This document shows positions 1-8,537 of a DNA stretch of 64,000 bases, in pieces. The DNA comes from Ostreococcus lucimarinus. Lineage: Eukaryota. The stretch lies in assembly GCA_000092065.1 (NCBI GenBank), contig CP000597.1. The stretch is one strand, 5' to 3'. Numbering within the stretch: position 1 is the first letter of the stretch; each line of letters starts with the position of its first letter. The position numbers and the translations under genes are program-made. The notes beneath the pieces are model-generated. The model had not been told where the DNA came from. It saw nothing but the letters and a program-made list of their open reading frames with translations, and did no database searches.

Positions 1-134
1 CCCTAAACCCTAAACCCTAAACCCTAAACCCTAAACCCTAAACCCTAAACCCTAAACCCTAAACCCTAAACCCTAAACCCTAAACCCTAAACCCTAAACC
101 CTAAACCCTAAACCCTAAAACCCTAAACCCTAAA
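1..134. repeat. Telomeric repeat array, about 19 copies of CCCTAAA (C-strand of TTTAGGG), one variant unit CCCTAAAA near the inner end
   Basis: Perfect 7-bp tandem repeat read directly from position 1; the C-rich strand running 5'->3' from the window start is the expected orientation for a left chromosome terminus. Confidence 0.95.
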
Positions 135-267
135 CACAGATGCAAATACATGTTTCATGCGCGTACGCGAAATTCCAGCGTCGTCGACTGCCAGTGTAGT
201 GGTTTAGGTGACCCCTTTACTCGCGCTGCTTTCAGGGCGCCAAAAGCGTCATGTTCCAGAGACACTG

Positions 268-306
268 CTAACCCTAGTTTCTAACCCTAGTTTCTAACCC
301 TAGTTT
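268..306. repeat. Subtelomeric telomere-associated repeat, 3 x 13 bp CTAACCCTAGTTT (contains the telomere permutation AACCCTA)
   Basis: Three exact tandem copies seen in sequence, about 130 bp inside the telomere. Confidence 0.85.
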
Positions 307-328
307 CCTGGGAGCCGACGCGGGACGA

Positions 329-492
329 CGACGGCGACGTGGGTGAGTCGATTTGCATTCCTACTTCAAATCTGGGTCGTTATCTATGGCTTCTTGCGTC
401 GTTCCGTCGCAAAGCAGGAGTTGCGAGAGAAGATGTCGCGCCGCGTCGCGCTGACCCGCTCGATTCGCCGCGCACGCCGCGTTATAGACAAC
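329..492. repeat. Inverted-duplication copy A: reverse complement of 4644-4803 (3' end of the gene at 3446-4774 plus about 29 bp of its 3' flank)
   Basis: I reverse-complemented 341-492 by hand and it matches 4644-4795 base for base; the match degrades at 322-330 / 4800-4810. Protein-level echo in the ORF track (343..714+ and 4412..4933- share ...FAFLLQIWVVIYGFLRRSVAKQELREKMSRRVALTRSIRRARRVIDN...). Confidence 0.9.
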
Positions 493-504
493 GAAAATAA
501 AGTT

Positions 505-2235
505 TCACAAATCGCTCGCGGCAAGCCACAGACGGGTTTTCGCGAGTTCGCTGGCGACGACGTCGGAACGCTCACGGTTTTCGATAGGCGCCAATCCATG
601 AGATGGCGGTTGGGGATCCGTTTGGCACGCCATCGATGCATACCAACGAAGCCATTCGTCGTTTCTCGAAACGTTCGCAGAGACGTCGACGACGGAGGGC
701 GTCGACGAGGCTGAGGCGGCGCCCTCCGTCGTGGTCGGCCAGACTTTGTTCGCAAATGCGATGGCGACGCCGACGTGCAACTTGGCCGTCACCGGCGAGG
801 CGATGCGCACTTGTACGCGTGAGCCGTCGCTGAGTACCAACGCCGCGTTGGTTCTCGTTCGATCAAAGAGCAAAATCGTGCGATCGTCAAATACACCGCG
901 CACGCGACCATCGGCGTAAGCGACGAGTTCGCCCTTCACACCGATCGCCTCGCGCTGGATTACATCCACAGACATCGCTGCAAACGCGTCGGCAACGTCG
1001 TACGCACCCTTCGTTATCGCGTCTCGACGTGCGACGCACGCACGCTCGAATCGTCTCAAACGCTCGACGACGGGAAGCAATTCGACGAACTCGTCGTCTT
1101 CAGCGATGTCCTCTAGCCCGAGTTTTCGCGAAGATGTCTGCGACGTAGTTCCTTCGCTGACAACGCCCGGCGCGACCATTACGATGAAATCGTCAGAGCA
1201 CGCCACGGCGCGTTCGTCTTGGGCAACCGCAACGCACCGCGCGTTTGCCCCCTCCCAAGCGAACATGGCGCCGTCTCCGCTACCGTCGCCGCATGCGCAC
1301 GCCCAAATCGTGCAATATGGCGTCCATTCCACCCACGGTTTCGCCTCGGCGTCGTATGTGTTCAAACCCCGCGAAGACCACCACGACTTTGGGTCCTCTC
1401 GCGACGGGTTCCACGGCGTCCCGCCGATGGCTTCACCACCGAGCAACGCGCGAGGAAGCTCGCTCACGGCATCATCAGCACCGAGTCTGTCTATATCGAC
1501 GTCGCGTTCGGCGATCGAGAACGCCCTCGCGCTTCGCAAAGCGCGAAGCGGAAACGACCATCTCTGAGGCGTCGACGCCACCTCAAATCTCGACCTCTGC
1601 CACACGTGCTCAAAATCACTCCCGCGACTGCCGATGAGCACCGGGTAAAGCACCTCAAAAATAACCCCGTGCGACGCGATGAGTCGCGCTTTGACGCTTC
1701 CGCACCGCGACTCGATGGAAAATCCTCCGTCGTCGTCGACGTTCACGCCTGCAGCTGCGTCCCACGTCGCGCTTTCAATCTTGTTCGCGTGCGCAAACGT
1801 GCGCGCGCCGTCGCCGCGCTCTTGCCGTCGCATTTCTTTCAACATCTCTGGCACGTATCTCGGGACGTCCACCAACGCGTTTCGCACCTCTAAAGCCGCG
1901 TTGACTTTGCTTCGCCATTTCGTCGTCGCGAACGCCGTCAACTGTCGCGTGGCCTTCATCGCGTCGTCTCCCTCGCGCGCGCTGAACCCGAACCCACGTT
2001 GGTCGATCACCATCGTCGAGCAATCTCTAAACGAACACTTCATCGCCGTCGCCGACGACGCGAGAGATTCCCGTCGGGAAACCAGCCGCGCTGACGACGA
2101 CGGTTCAGCGGACACTGTCGCATCTTCCCGCACGATGACGACGCGCACGAGGTCATCGGGCGCGGTCCCGGCGCCCGCATCGGTCGCGAACGACGTCTCT
2201 ACTTCGTACGTCTCGCGCGCGCGTCGTACGTCCAT
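505..2235 (-). CDS. Hypothetical protein, 576 aa, balanced composition, possibly beta-propeller-like; first gene inside the telomere
   Basis: Long ATG-initiated ORF with non-low-complexity composition (W/F/Y/K/E rich), unlike the R/A/S/P-rich artefact ORFs on other frames; no family recognised from memory. Confidence 0.45.
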   Translation of the reverse strand: MDVRRARETYEVETSFATDAGAGTAPDDLVRVVIVREDATVSAEPSSSARLVSRRESLASSATAMKCSFRDCSTMVIDQRGFGFSAREGDDAMKATRQLTAFATTKWRSKVNAALEVRNALVDVPRYVPEMLKEMRRQERGDGARTFAHANKIESATWDAAAGVNVDDDGGFSIESRCGSVKARLIASHGVIFEVLYPVLIGSRGSDFEHVWQRSRFEVASTPQRWSFPLRALRSARAFSIAERDVDIDRLGADDAVSELPRALLGGEAIGGTPWNPSREDPKSWWSSRGLNTYDAEAKPWVEWTPYCTIWACACGDGSGDGAMFAWEGANARCVAVAQDERAVACSDDFIVMVAPGVVSEGTTSQTSSRKLGLEDIAEDDEFVELLPVVERLRRFERACVARRDAITKGAYDVADAFAAMSVDVIQREAIGVKGELVAYADGRVRGVFDDRTILLFDRTRTNAALVLSDGSRVQVRIASPVTAKLHVGVAIAFANKVWPTTTEGAASASSTPSVVDVSANVSRNDEWLRWYASMACQTDPQPPSHGLAPIENRERSDVVASELAKTRLWLAASDL

Positions 2236-2352
2236 CTCGATGCGCGTGCGAGGCGCGCGTCGTTGTGTGTCACAGAGTTTTGAATATTCGACAAATTTCT
2301 CTACTTCGCGAAGGCCACGCGACAGTTGACGGCTATTTGTTCTTCGGACGAT

Positions 2353-3345
2353 CTACGTCGCGAACGCTACGGCTATTTGTTCTTCGAACGATCGAGGCGC
2401 CCAGTCTTGACAAATTTCTCGCACGAGCGCGCGCGAATCCATGGAAATGTCTGGAGGCGCGGCGACTCCTCGAAGCGCCTTGGCCTCGGCGCACGACGCG
2501 ACGGCAATTTTTGACTTGAACACCTGTTCCATCGCCGCGTCGCCTTTGGCTAAGAATTCCGCCACGCCGTTCGCCATGTCGACTCTGCTCACGCGATCTG
2601 GTCCGCCCATGTTATACACCCGGCGATCGGGCAAATCATCGTGGCGCTGAAGCAACGTGCGCACGACTCGAACTATGTCGAAGACGCAAATCGGCGAACG
2701 GAACTCGTCGTCGTAAAACGTCGTCGGCGTCTCCTTGGCGAAGCTTGATGCGATGAAATCTAGAAACAACGTTCGCTCTACGTCCGTTAACGGCGCTTTG
2801 GGTCCCGTGATGATACTCGAACGCAGAACGATCGACCGCGGATAGTCCTTCGCGAGCGTCTCTTCGCAAAACACCTTGCTCGCGCCGTAGGCGTTCACTG
2901 GAGCGCACGCCGTGCTCTCGTCGCTCAACGCCCGTTCGCCGTCATAGACGTGATCCGTCGAAAGTTGTATCCACAGCGGCGCTTGTTTGCCGCGAGACTG
3001 CGCGATGGATGAAATCGCGCTCCACAACGCTCTCGGCGCGTTCGCTCGGCGCGCGAGTTCGGGCGCCGCTTCGCACTGCCCCGGCGACGACATCGCCGCG
3101 CAGTTAATAACGCCGCGCAAGTCGAGGCCTTCGGCCATGAGCGCTCGCGCCGCTTCTTCGCAGCTCTCTTCGCAGTTGAAATCACACTTCACGCGCACCA
3201 TTCGTGCGTCGCAACCGTCGTCGCCACCACTTCTTCTCGACGTCGTGAAAACTACATCGCACGCCTCGGTCGCCGCGATGAATTCGCGCGCGACGAATTG
3301 GGCCAGGTAGCCGTCGATCCCTAGCACGCACACCGCGGTTTTCAT
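2353..3345 (-). CDS. RmlD-like dTDP-4-dehydrorhamnose reductase / NAD(P)-binding Rossmann-fold protein (substrate-binding-domain family)
   Basis: N-terminal Rossmann motif MKTAVCVLGIDGYLAQ, STDHVYDG (RmlD STDYVFDG-like) and YGASK catalytic YxxxK. Start moved to the internal ATG at 3345; the track ORF runs to 3621 through a low-complexity leader. Confidence 0.6.
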   Translation of the reverse strand: MKTAVCVLGIDGYLAQFVAREFIAATEACDVVFTTSRRSGGDDGCDARMVRVKCDFNCEESCEEAARALMAEGLDLRGVINCAAMSSPGQCEAAPELARRANAPRALWSAISSIAQSRGKQAPLWIQLSTDHVYDGERALSDESTACAPVNAYGASKVFCEETLAKDYPRSIVLRSSIITGPKAPLTDVERTLFLDFIASSFAKETPTTFYDDEFRSPICVFDIVRVVRTLLQRHDDLPDRRVYNMGGPDRVSRVDMANGVAEFLAKGDAAMEQVFKSKIAVASCAEAKALRGVAAPPDISMDSRALVREICQDWAPRSFEEQIAVAFAT

Positions 3346-3445
3346 CCCACGCGCTTTTCGACGACGACGCGCGGCGACGAGTGCGACGTTCGCTCGTTCG
3401 TTCCTTGGTTCTGTCGTCAGAGGTGCGCTCGTCAACGCGCTCGCG

Positions 3446-4774
3446 ATGGCCGGTGGATACGTCCCCCCGCACGCGCGACGCGGGAAGAATGCGTCGAGTA
3501 GCGCGTCGACGACGATCGCCTCGCCGACGCTCGATGCTTTCGAGCGCGAGCTGCGCGCGGCGTCTAAACGCATTTCACGGGCCGAAACCGCTGAAGAAGG
3601 ATTGGCGCTGTACGCGCGCACGCTGGAGAATTTACGCGCGTTCGTGGCGAGTTCGAGTCAGGACGAACGTGGTGACGAAGCGCGCGTGAGCCTAGCGAAC
3701 GCCGCGCTCGAGTACGCGGGCGAAATCATGCGAGTCGAACGTCGAAAAGCGTTGAGCACGACGACGCGCGCTGACGAGGCTCGCACAAAAGAGCGGGCGA
3801 TTTCATGCGCGCAAGATGCCCTACGAGCGTTCGAAGGTTTAAGTGGTTCGCCATTAGAGAAGGCGAACGGTGTCGCCACCGCGCTTTCACGAATCGTCGA
3901 GCTTGGGGGCGGCGGTGACAACGCCGCAGAGGTTTCGGCGACGCTGGCTCGAGCCGTGGAAATGTACGATTACTGCGCGACATCAATAGAGAATAGTCAA
4001 GCGCACGAAGACGTCATGCCAGCGCTTTGGAATTGCGCGGACGCACGACTCAAAGTCGCCGAACATCGAGCGGAGACGGGAGACGTAGATGGTGCTTCGA
4101 CGTCTTACAGAGAATCATTCTCCTTATACGAGCGCGCATGCGGGTTTTGCGACGCAAATCGGGGCGACGACTTGAGCGGACTACTGTACGATTGGGGTTG
4201 CAGCTTGACGAGCTACGCGCTGTTCTTGGCACAAAGTTTAGATGCGTCGGAAGACGCAGTCAGAATCGCTGACGCTGCGGTTGAAAAATTGCGCGCTGCG
4301 GGGCAATTTGCAATCGGCGACGTCGGCGCACTAAACGCGCTCGGCGACGCATACCAAACGAAGGCAGAAATTTTGTCCCGGTTTGATGATGCAGCGCCCG
4401 CCGTCGACAGTTTACGTCTTGCGATTTGCGAAGCGTACGACGTCGCGCTGAAATTGAACAGCACTGAGTTGAACAGCACCATCGGCCGCGGAGAAGCACA
4501 CATGGCGCTCGCGGCTTTGTTTCGTCGAAGCGGCGATCACGCCAGAGCTGATGAAGCCTCTGACACGGCTTGGAAAGCTTACGACAAGGCGCTCAAGCTC
4601 GGTGATAAGAATGATCCAGGAACGTGCGAAGAACGATTCGAAGTTGTCTATAACGCGGCGTGCGCGGCGAATCGAGCGGGTCAGCGCGACGCGGCGCGAC
4701 ATCTTCTCTCGCAACTCCTGCTTTGCGACGGAACGACGCAAGAAGCCATAGATAACGACCCAGATTTGAAGTAG
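3446..4774 (+). CDS. Hypothetical alpha-helical repeat (TPR-like) protein, 442 aa; its last about 130 bp are duplicated, inverted, next to the telomere
   Basis: ATG-initiated ORF, helical E/A/L-rich composition with repeated amphipathic segments; overlaps inverted-repeat copy B. Confidence 0.5.
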   Translation: MAGGYVPPHARRGKNASSSASTTIASPTLDAFERELRAASKRISRAETAEEGLALYARTLENLRAFVASSSQDERGDEARVSLANAALEYAGEIMRVERRKALSTTTRADEARTKERAISCAQDALRAFEGLSGSPLEKANGVATALSRIVELGGGGDNAAEVSATLARAVEMYDYCATSIENSQAHEDVMPALWNCADARLKVAEHRAETGDVDGASTSYRESFSLYERACGFCDANRGDDLSGLLYDWGCSLTSYALFLAQSLDASEDAVRIADAAVEKLRAAGQFAIGDVGALNALGDAYQTKAEILSRFDDAAPAVDSLRLAICEAYDVALKLNSTELNSTIGRGEAHMALAALFRRSGDHARADEASDTAWKAYDKALKLGDKNDPGTCEERFEVVYNAACAANRAGQRDAARHLLSQLLLCDGTTQEAIDNDPDLK

Positions 4775-4803
4775 GAATGCAAATCGACTCACCCACGTCG
4801 CCG
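4644..4803. repeat. Inverted-duplication copy B (source copy): 3' end of the 3446-4774 CDS plus 3' flank
   Basis: Exact reverse-complement match to 329-492. Confidence 0.9.
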
Positions 4804-4895
4804 CCGCCGTACCTTGAGTGTCGGTTGTAACGGAAAATGTCTCGGCGCGCTCGCACGCTCGCGCTGCCTCACTCACTGCCGCCACCGAAGCCGAC

Positions 4896-5327
4896 ATGTC
4901 GCGCGAGTTTATGTTTGAGAATGAGTTTGCCATTTGTTGGAAGACGACGGTGCTTCCGAACGTACCGTTGAAGATGCATCGACACGATCGGGCGCGAACG
5001 ATCGTCGCGCTTCAGGGCGGCGTGCTTAAACGCATCGATGAAGATGGCTCGCGCAAGGATTTGGTGTTTGAGACTGGAAAGGCGTACTGGTACGACGCCG
5101 ACCCGCCGGATAATTTGCACGCCGACGCGAATGAAGGCGCAGAGCCCGTCGTGGTCGTCGTAACGGAGTTTAAAACGGAAGAGGATAGAAATGGAACGAG
5201 AGATGCGCGCGCTGAATGCGGGTGCGGTGTCGCGGGGGGCGCGTGCGACTGCCGGTCAAAAATTGGTCCACCGTTCGTAATCCCGGGCTGGGAGCCGCCG
5301 ACAAAAAAGAAAGAAACGAGCGCTTGA
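4896..5327 (+). CDS. Small cupin-like protein, about 143 aa
   Basis: First in-frame ATG at 4896 (track start 4818 is GTG). Beta-rich sequence with the cupin-like pattern HRHDRARTIVALQGGVLK...G.AYWYDA...H...EPVVVVV. Confidence 0.4.
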   Translation: MSREFMFENEFAICWKTTVLPNVPLKMHRHDRARTIVALQGGVLKRIDEDGSRKDLVFETGKAYWYDADPPDNLHADANEGAEPVVVVVTEFKTEEDRNGTRDARAECGCGVAGGACDCRSKIGPPFVIPGWEPPTKKKETSA

Positions 5328-5361
5328 ACGGTGTTTCTTGTCTCAGAATTAGTGCTAGCGT

Positions 5362-6849
5362 TTAATTAGAATTGTCACACATGCTCAGCTGACGAGCAAC
5401 CGCACTACGCGCCGCTTCGATGGCTTCTTGTTCCCTACAAAGGACGTACGCAGCAGCCTTGAATCCGACCAGAGTATCGCCTTCGCGAAGATTTCCGAGT
5501 GTTTCGCGCGCCTTGACTACCAGGTCGTCGCACGCTCGAGTGGACGCCGAGTCGAGCAGGTGCGAAAACGTTCGGAGCACGACGTTTTTGACGTCCTGCT
5601 CGTTGTATTCCAAGAAGCATTCACCGAAAAACATGGCGTTCTCTCCGACACCGACGACACTGTCGACTCGTAATAATGCAGCCTTAGGGTCGATGAAGCT
5701 GATATCATCATCCTCCGCTTTCGCGTGCATTTGAAATCCGATTTCGCTCGCCGCACGAAGGAAGTCTTCCCCGCTGAATTCAACAAAGTTTGTCCGCGAA
5801 CTTTGAACGTCGACGAAGCCATAATTTACGAATAAATCTTCGTCGCTCAAATTCGACCCGTATGAATCAAAAACTTGTTCGCCGCACGCGTACGCTTTAT
5901 GCGCTCGAAGCGTCGCTGTTTGCGATAGCGTGTCGTAAGTCAAAATCGCTTCATCGCCCGCATCCGAAGAGTGGTTCAAGCCGTCGGCCCAAGGAACGAG
6001 TGCCATGACTGAAAATTCGTCATCTTCACCGCTATCACCTCCACTGCCTTCCCAACAGTCTGCGTCTAAATCATTCAGGGTTTCTAACAGCGCATCATCG
6101 CGCACTTCGCGCAAACATTCTTCGTCGTCGAGCTCGTTCAGTCGAAACGCTCGGGAGATGACTATCGAGACCGCCCATCTAACGTGTCGCATCGAAGGCC
6201 AGTTCTCATCGTCGATGTTCAATTCATCGACAATCGAGCGAAAAAGGCGTGTGTCTTCTTCGCACGCGCGTATGAGACCTCTCAAGCGCGCGCCGGCGTG
6301 CGTCGAATTCGCCGGCAGATGCTGTTCGACGTCTTCGTCGCGCCAAAGTAAAGGATGCCACCGACCGTCATCCTCGGGAAGCGTGTCTAAATAAGGCTTC
6401 CATCTCGATGTGGTGTCTTTCAACCGCCACTCGCGCAACAGCGACACCGTCAAGAGTTGAAACGAACTCAAACCGCGCGCTCGAGCTCGCTCGAACGCCG
6501 CGTCTCCAAGCGCCGAGCGCGCGTCGAGCATGGCGTCGCGAGGAATCGCCACGATCACGTCGCCTCGCGCGATGCCATCATCGCACACACACGTCGCACG
6601 CACCCCGTAGCCATCGTCCCCAGGCGGTCGCTCGAGCGTTAACGCGAGCGCGTCGAAAGCGAATCGGTTGCGCAACCAACTCGCGAGGCGCGTTTCCGGC
6701 GAGCCCGACGCGGACGCCGACGCCGACGCGCGCGCTCTCGATCGAGCATTCCAACCAGCTCTCGATCGAGCATTCCAATCATCACGATCGCCCCGAACGA
6801 GCGCGCGAGTCACGCGAACCGCGTTCGCGTTCGCGTTCGCGTTCGTCAT
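5362..6849 (-). CDS. SET-domain protein lysine methyltransferase, Rubisco LSMT / SETD6-like
   Basis: LNHSSDAGDEAILTYD...CGEQVFDSYG...DLFVNYGF matches the SET core (NHS motif, YG) plus a C-terminal Rubis-subs-bind-like region. Start set at ATG 6849 (MTNANAN...); upstream track residues are HR/RR low complexity. Contains a 2 x about 23-bp in-frame tandem duplication (DWNARSRAGWNARSRA). Confidence 0.65.
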   Translation of the reverse strand: MTNANANANAVRVTRALVRGDRDDWNARSRAGWNARSRARASASASASGSPETRLASWLRNRFAFDALALTLERPPGDDGYGVRATCVCDDGIARGDVIVAIPRDAMLDARSALGDAAFERARARGLSSFQLLTVSLLREWRLKDTTSRWKPYLDTLPEDDGRWHPLLWRDEDVEQHLPANSTHAGARLRGLIRACEEDTRLFRSIVDELNIDDENWPSMRHVRWAVSIVISRAFRLNELDDEECLREVRDDALLETLNDLDADCWEGSGGDSGEDDEFSVMALVPWADGLNHSSDAGDEAILTYDTLSQTATLRAHKAYACGEQVFDSYGSNLSDEDLFVNYGFVDVQSSRTNFVEFSGEDFLRAASEIGFQMHAKAEDDDISFIDPKAALLRVDSVVGVGENAMFFGECFLEYNEQDVKNVVLRTFSHLLDSASTRACDDLVVKARETLGNLREGDTLVGFKAAAYVLCREQEAIEAARSAVARQLSMCDNSN

Positions 6850-6912
6850 CGCGAGCGCGTCACTGCCGACACCGCAGTGCAGCGCGCGACGAGCTCGCGA
6901 ACCGACAGCGCG

Positions 6913-7602
6913 ATGCACGCGGCGATGACGAAGACGGCGACGGTGACGATGGCGATGACGCGGATGCCGGCGAACACGAAGCGCGCTGACGCCCGTCGCG
7001 TGCGCGCGAGCGCCGTGCACCGTAACGAAGTCGACGTGGAACTCGATCGACGATCGATGCTGTTGGCGAGCGCGTTCGCCGCGTCGACAACGCTCGGAGG
7101 CGCTCAAAACGCGCTCGCAGCGGTGGATGTCGGCTCAAAGGCGCCGGAGTTTACGCTGCCGGGCACTGCTGGCGACTCTGTGACGCTTTCGGACGCATTG
7201 AAGGCTAACGACTACGTCGTCCTATACTTTTACAACCAAGATGGCTCGCCTGGTTGTAGCATCGAAGCGCAGCGCTTTGAAAGCGCGATCCCGCAATTCA
7301 CCGCCAAGAAGGCGCGCGTACTGGGTGTCTCCATGGACTCTCTCGAGAAGCACGAAGAGTTTTGCGATTCCAAGGGGCTCAAATCGTTCACCCTGTTGAG
7401 CGATAACGACGGCCGAGTCAGCGAGGCGTACGGAGCGGATTTGAAGATTCCCATTTTCGGTCGATTCAGCGATCGCCAAACGTTCTTGATCAAGAATGAC
7501 GGCACGATCGTCAACCACTGGCTCGAGCGCGATTCGTCGATGGCGTCGGTGAAGACGACTGCACACGTCGACCAAATTCTCGCCGCCATCGAAGCCGCGT
7601 AA
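6913..7602 (+). CDS. PRXQ: Peroxiredoxin Q / BCP-type thiol peroxidase, probably plastid-targeted
   Basis: GSPGCSIEAQRF...KKARVLGVSMDSLEKHEEFCDSKGLKSFTLLSDNDGRVSEAYG is the PrxQ/BCP signature (peroxidatic Cys in PGCS/T). S/T/A/R-rich N-terminal transit-peptide-like leader. First ATG at 6913 (track start 6877 is GTG). Confidence 0.8.
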   Translation: MHAAMTKTATVTMAMTRMPANTKRADARRVRASAVHRNEVDVELDRRSMLLASAFAASTTLGGAQNALAAVDVGSKAPEFTLPGTAGDSVTLSDALKANDYVVLYFYNQDGSPGCSIEAQRFESAIPQFTAKKARVLGVSMDSLEKHEEFCDSKGLKSFTLLSDNDGRVSEAYGADLKIPIFGRFSDRQTFLIKNDGTIVNHWLERDSSMASVKTTAHVDQILAAIEAA

Positions 7603-7640
7603 GTGAGATGCATAAATATTACAAACTCAAACACATCGCA

Positions 7641-8408
7641 TCACGTACCTAAGCGAGCAACGACGTGTTCGAACGACTTGGCGCCATCCATCGCGCGCAC
7701 GATCTTTTGCTTCGTCGCTTTCAACACGAGCGGGAATTCCATGTACGTCGCGCCGCCGAAACGCAACCATTCGTCGTCGAGCGTTTCAAACATCAGCGCA
7801 TACAAGCGCTCAAAGGCCTCGTCGCCGTGCGCTTCGATCAACTCGGCGAAGCATATTCCCGTTGACGTCGTCGGGGCTTCTTCTTTGAGTTCGCACATCT
7901 CTACTAAACTAAATGTCAGATTTACTCCCGCGACGGCGAATGGGTACTCAAACTCGCTTCGTTCGCCGTTCTTTTTATGCCGCAGCTTATCGAACGTCTC
8001 CGGTTTGTTTTCTCCCAACCAAATCAAATTCGAGAGAGACAAAAACCCGCCAGCGCGAAAATCAGTCGTCGGCGAGCATCCTTGCCACCCCATCTCCTTC
8101 CAACTCTCGCTCTTTAAATCTTTAGGCGGCGCCTTTGACCCGAACGCGAGCGACCACAACTTTTTCAACGCATCCGTGTGCTCGACTTTGTTCCCGTCGT
8201 ACGCCTCGTGCGCGCGCATCGCCAGTGCGTTTAATCCTCGCTTCTGTGTTTCGCTCAACGCGTACGCCGGCACCGGCGTGAGAAGTCCCAGACTCGCCGC
8301 GATTTGCGACACCAGCGCGGCGAAGAAATCGCCGACGACGCGCAAGGAAAACCCACCTCCGCGACGTCCATCGCCGCCGCCGCTCGCGCCACACGAGCGA
8401 TGCTTCAT
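7641..8408 (-). CDS. ELMO/CED-12 domain protein (ELMOD-like)
   Basis: WKEMGWQGCSPTTDFRAGGFLSLSNLIWL matches the ELMO-domain GFQG.DP.TDFRG.G core. Start at internal ATG 8408; upstream track sequence is low complexity and crosses a (GTTC)7 microsatellite. Confidence 0.65.
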   Translation of the reverse strand: MKHRSCGASGGGDGRRGGGFSLRVVGDFFAALVSQIAASLGLLTPVPAYALSETQKRGLNALAMRAHEAYDGNKVEHTDALKKLWSLAFGSKAPPKDLKSESWKEMGWQGCSPTTDFRAGGFLSLSNLIWLGENKPETFDKLRHKKNGERSEFEYPFAVAGVNLTFSLVEMCELKEEAPTTSTGICFAELIEAHGDEAFERLYALMFETLDDEWLRFGGATYMEFPLVLKATKQKIVRAMDGAKSFEHVVARLGT

Positions 8409-8440
8409 GAGTGACGCCTCGGGTTCTGCCGAGTCGAGTC

Positions 8441-8468
8441 GTTCGTTCGTTCGTTCGTTCGTTCGTTC
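8441..8468. repeat. (GTTC)7 microsatellite in the divergent spacer between the ELMO gene and the large 8538+ gene
   Basis: Direct observation. Confidence 0.9.
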
Positions 8469-8537
8469 TGTCGAACCTCGGAACGTCACACGACGACGTC
8501 GAGCTCGCGGCCCGGCGTCGAGGCGTCGCGCGAGGGC

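Noticed and set aside
2541-2560. CCTTTGGCTAAGAA string resembling the U2 snRNA 5' region (…GGCCUUUUGGCUAAGAUCA…)
   Set aside because: Only about 14 nt of similarity, one T short, no downstream U2 branch-recognition or Sm-site sequence, and it lies inside the RmlD-like coding region. Chance match
5362-7107. Using the full 581-aa track ORF (start at 7107) for the SET gene, which would overlap the PrxQ gene on the opposite strand
   Set aside because: The region between 6849 and 7107 translates to HRHRHRRRLRHRR low complexity and is more consistent with the shared promoter/5' UTR; start moved to ATG 6849
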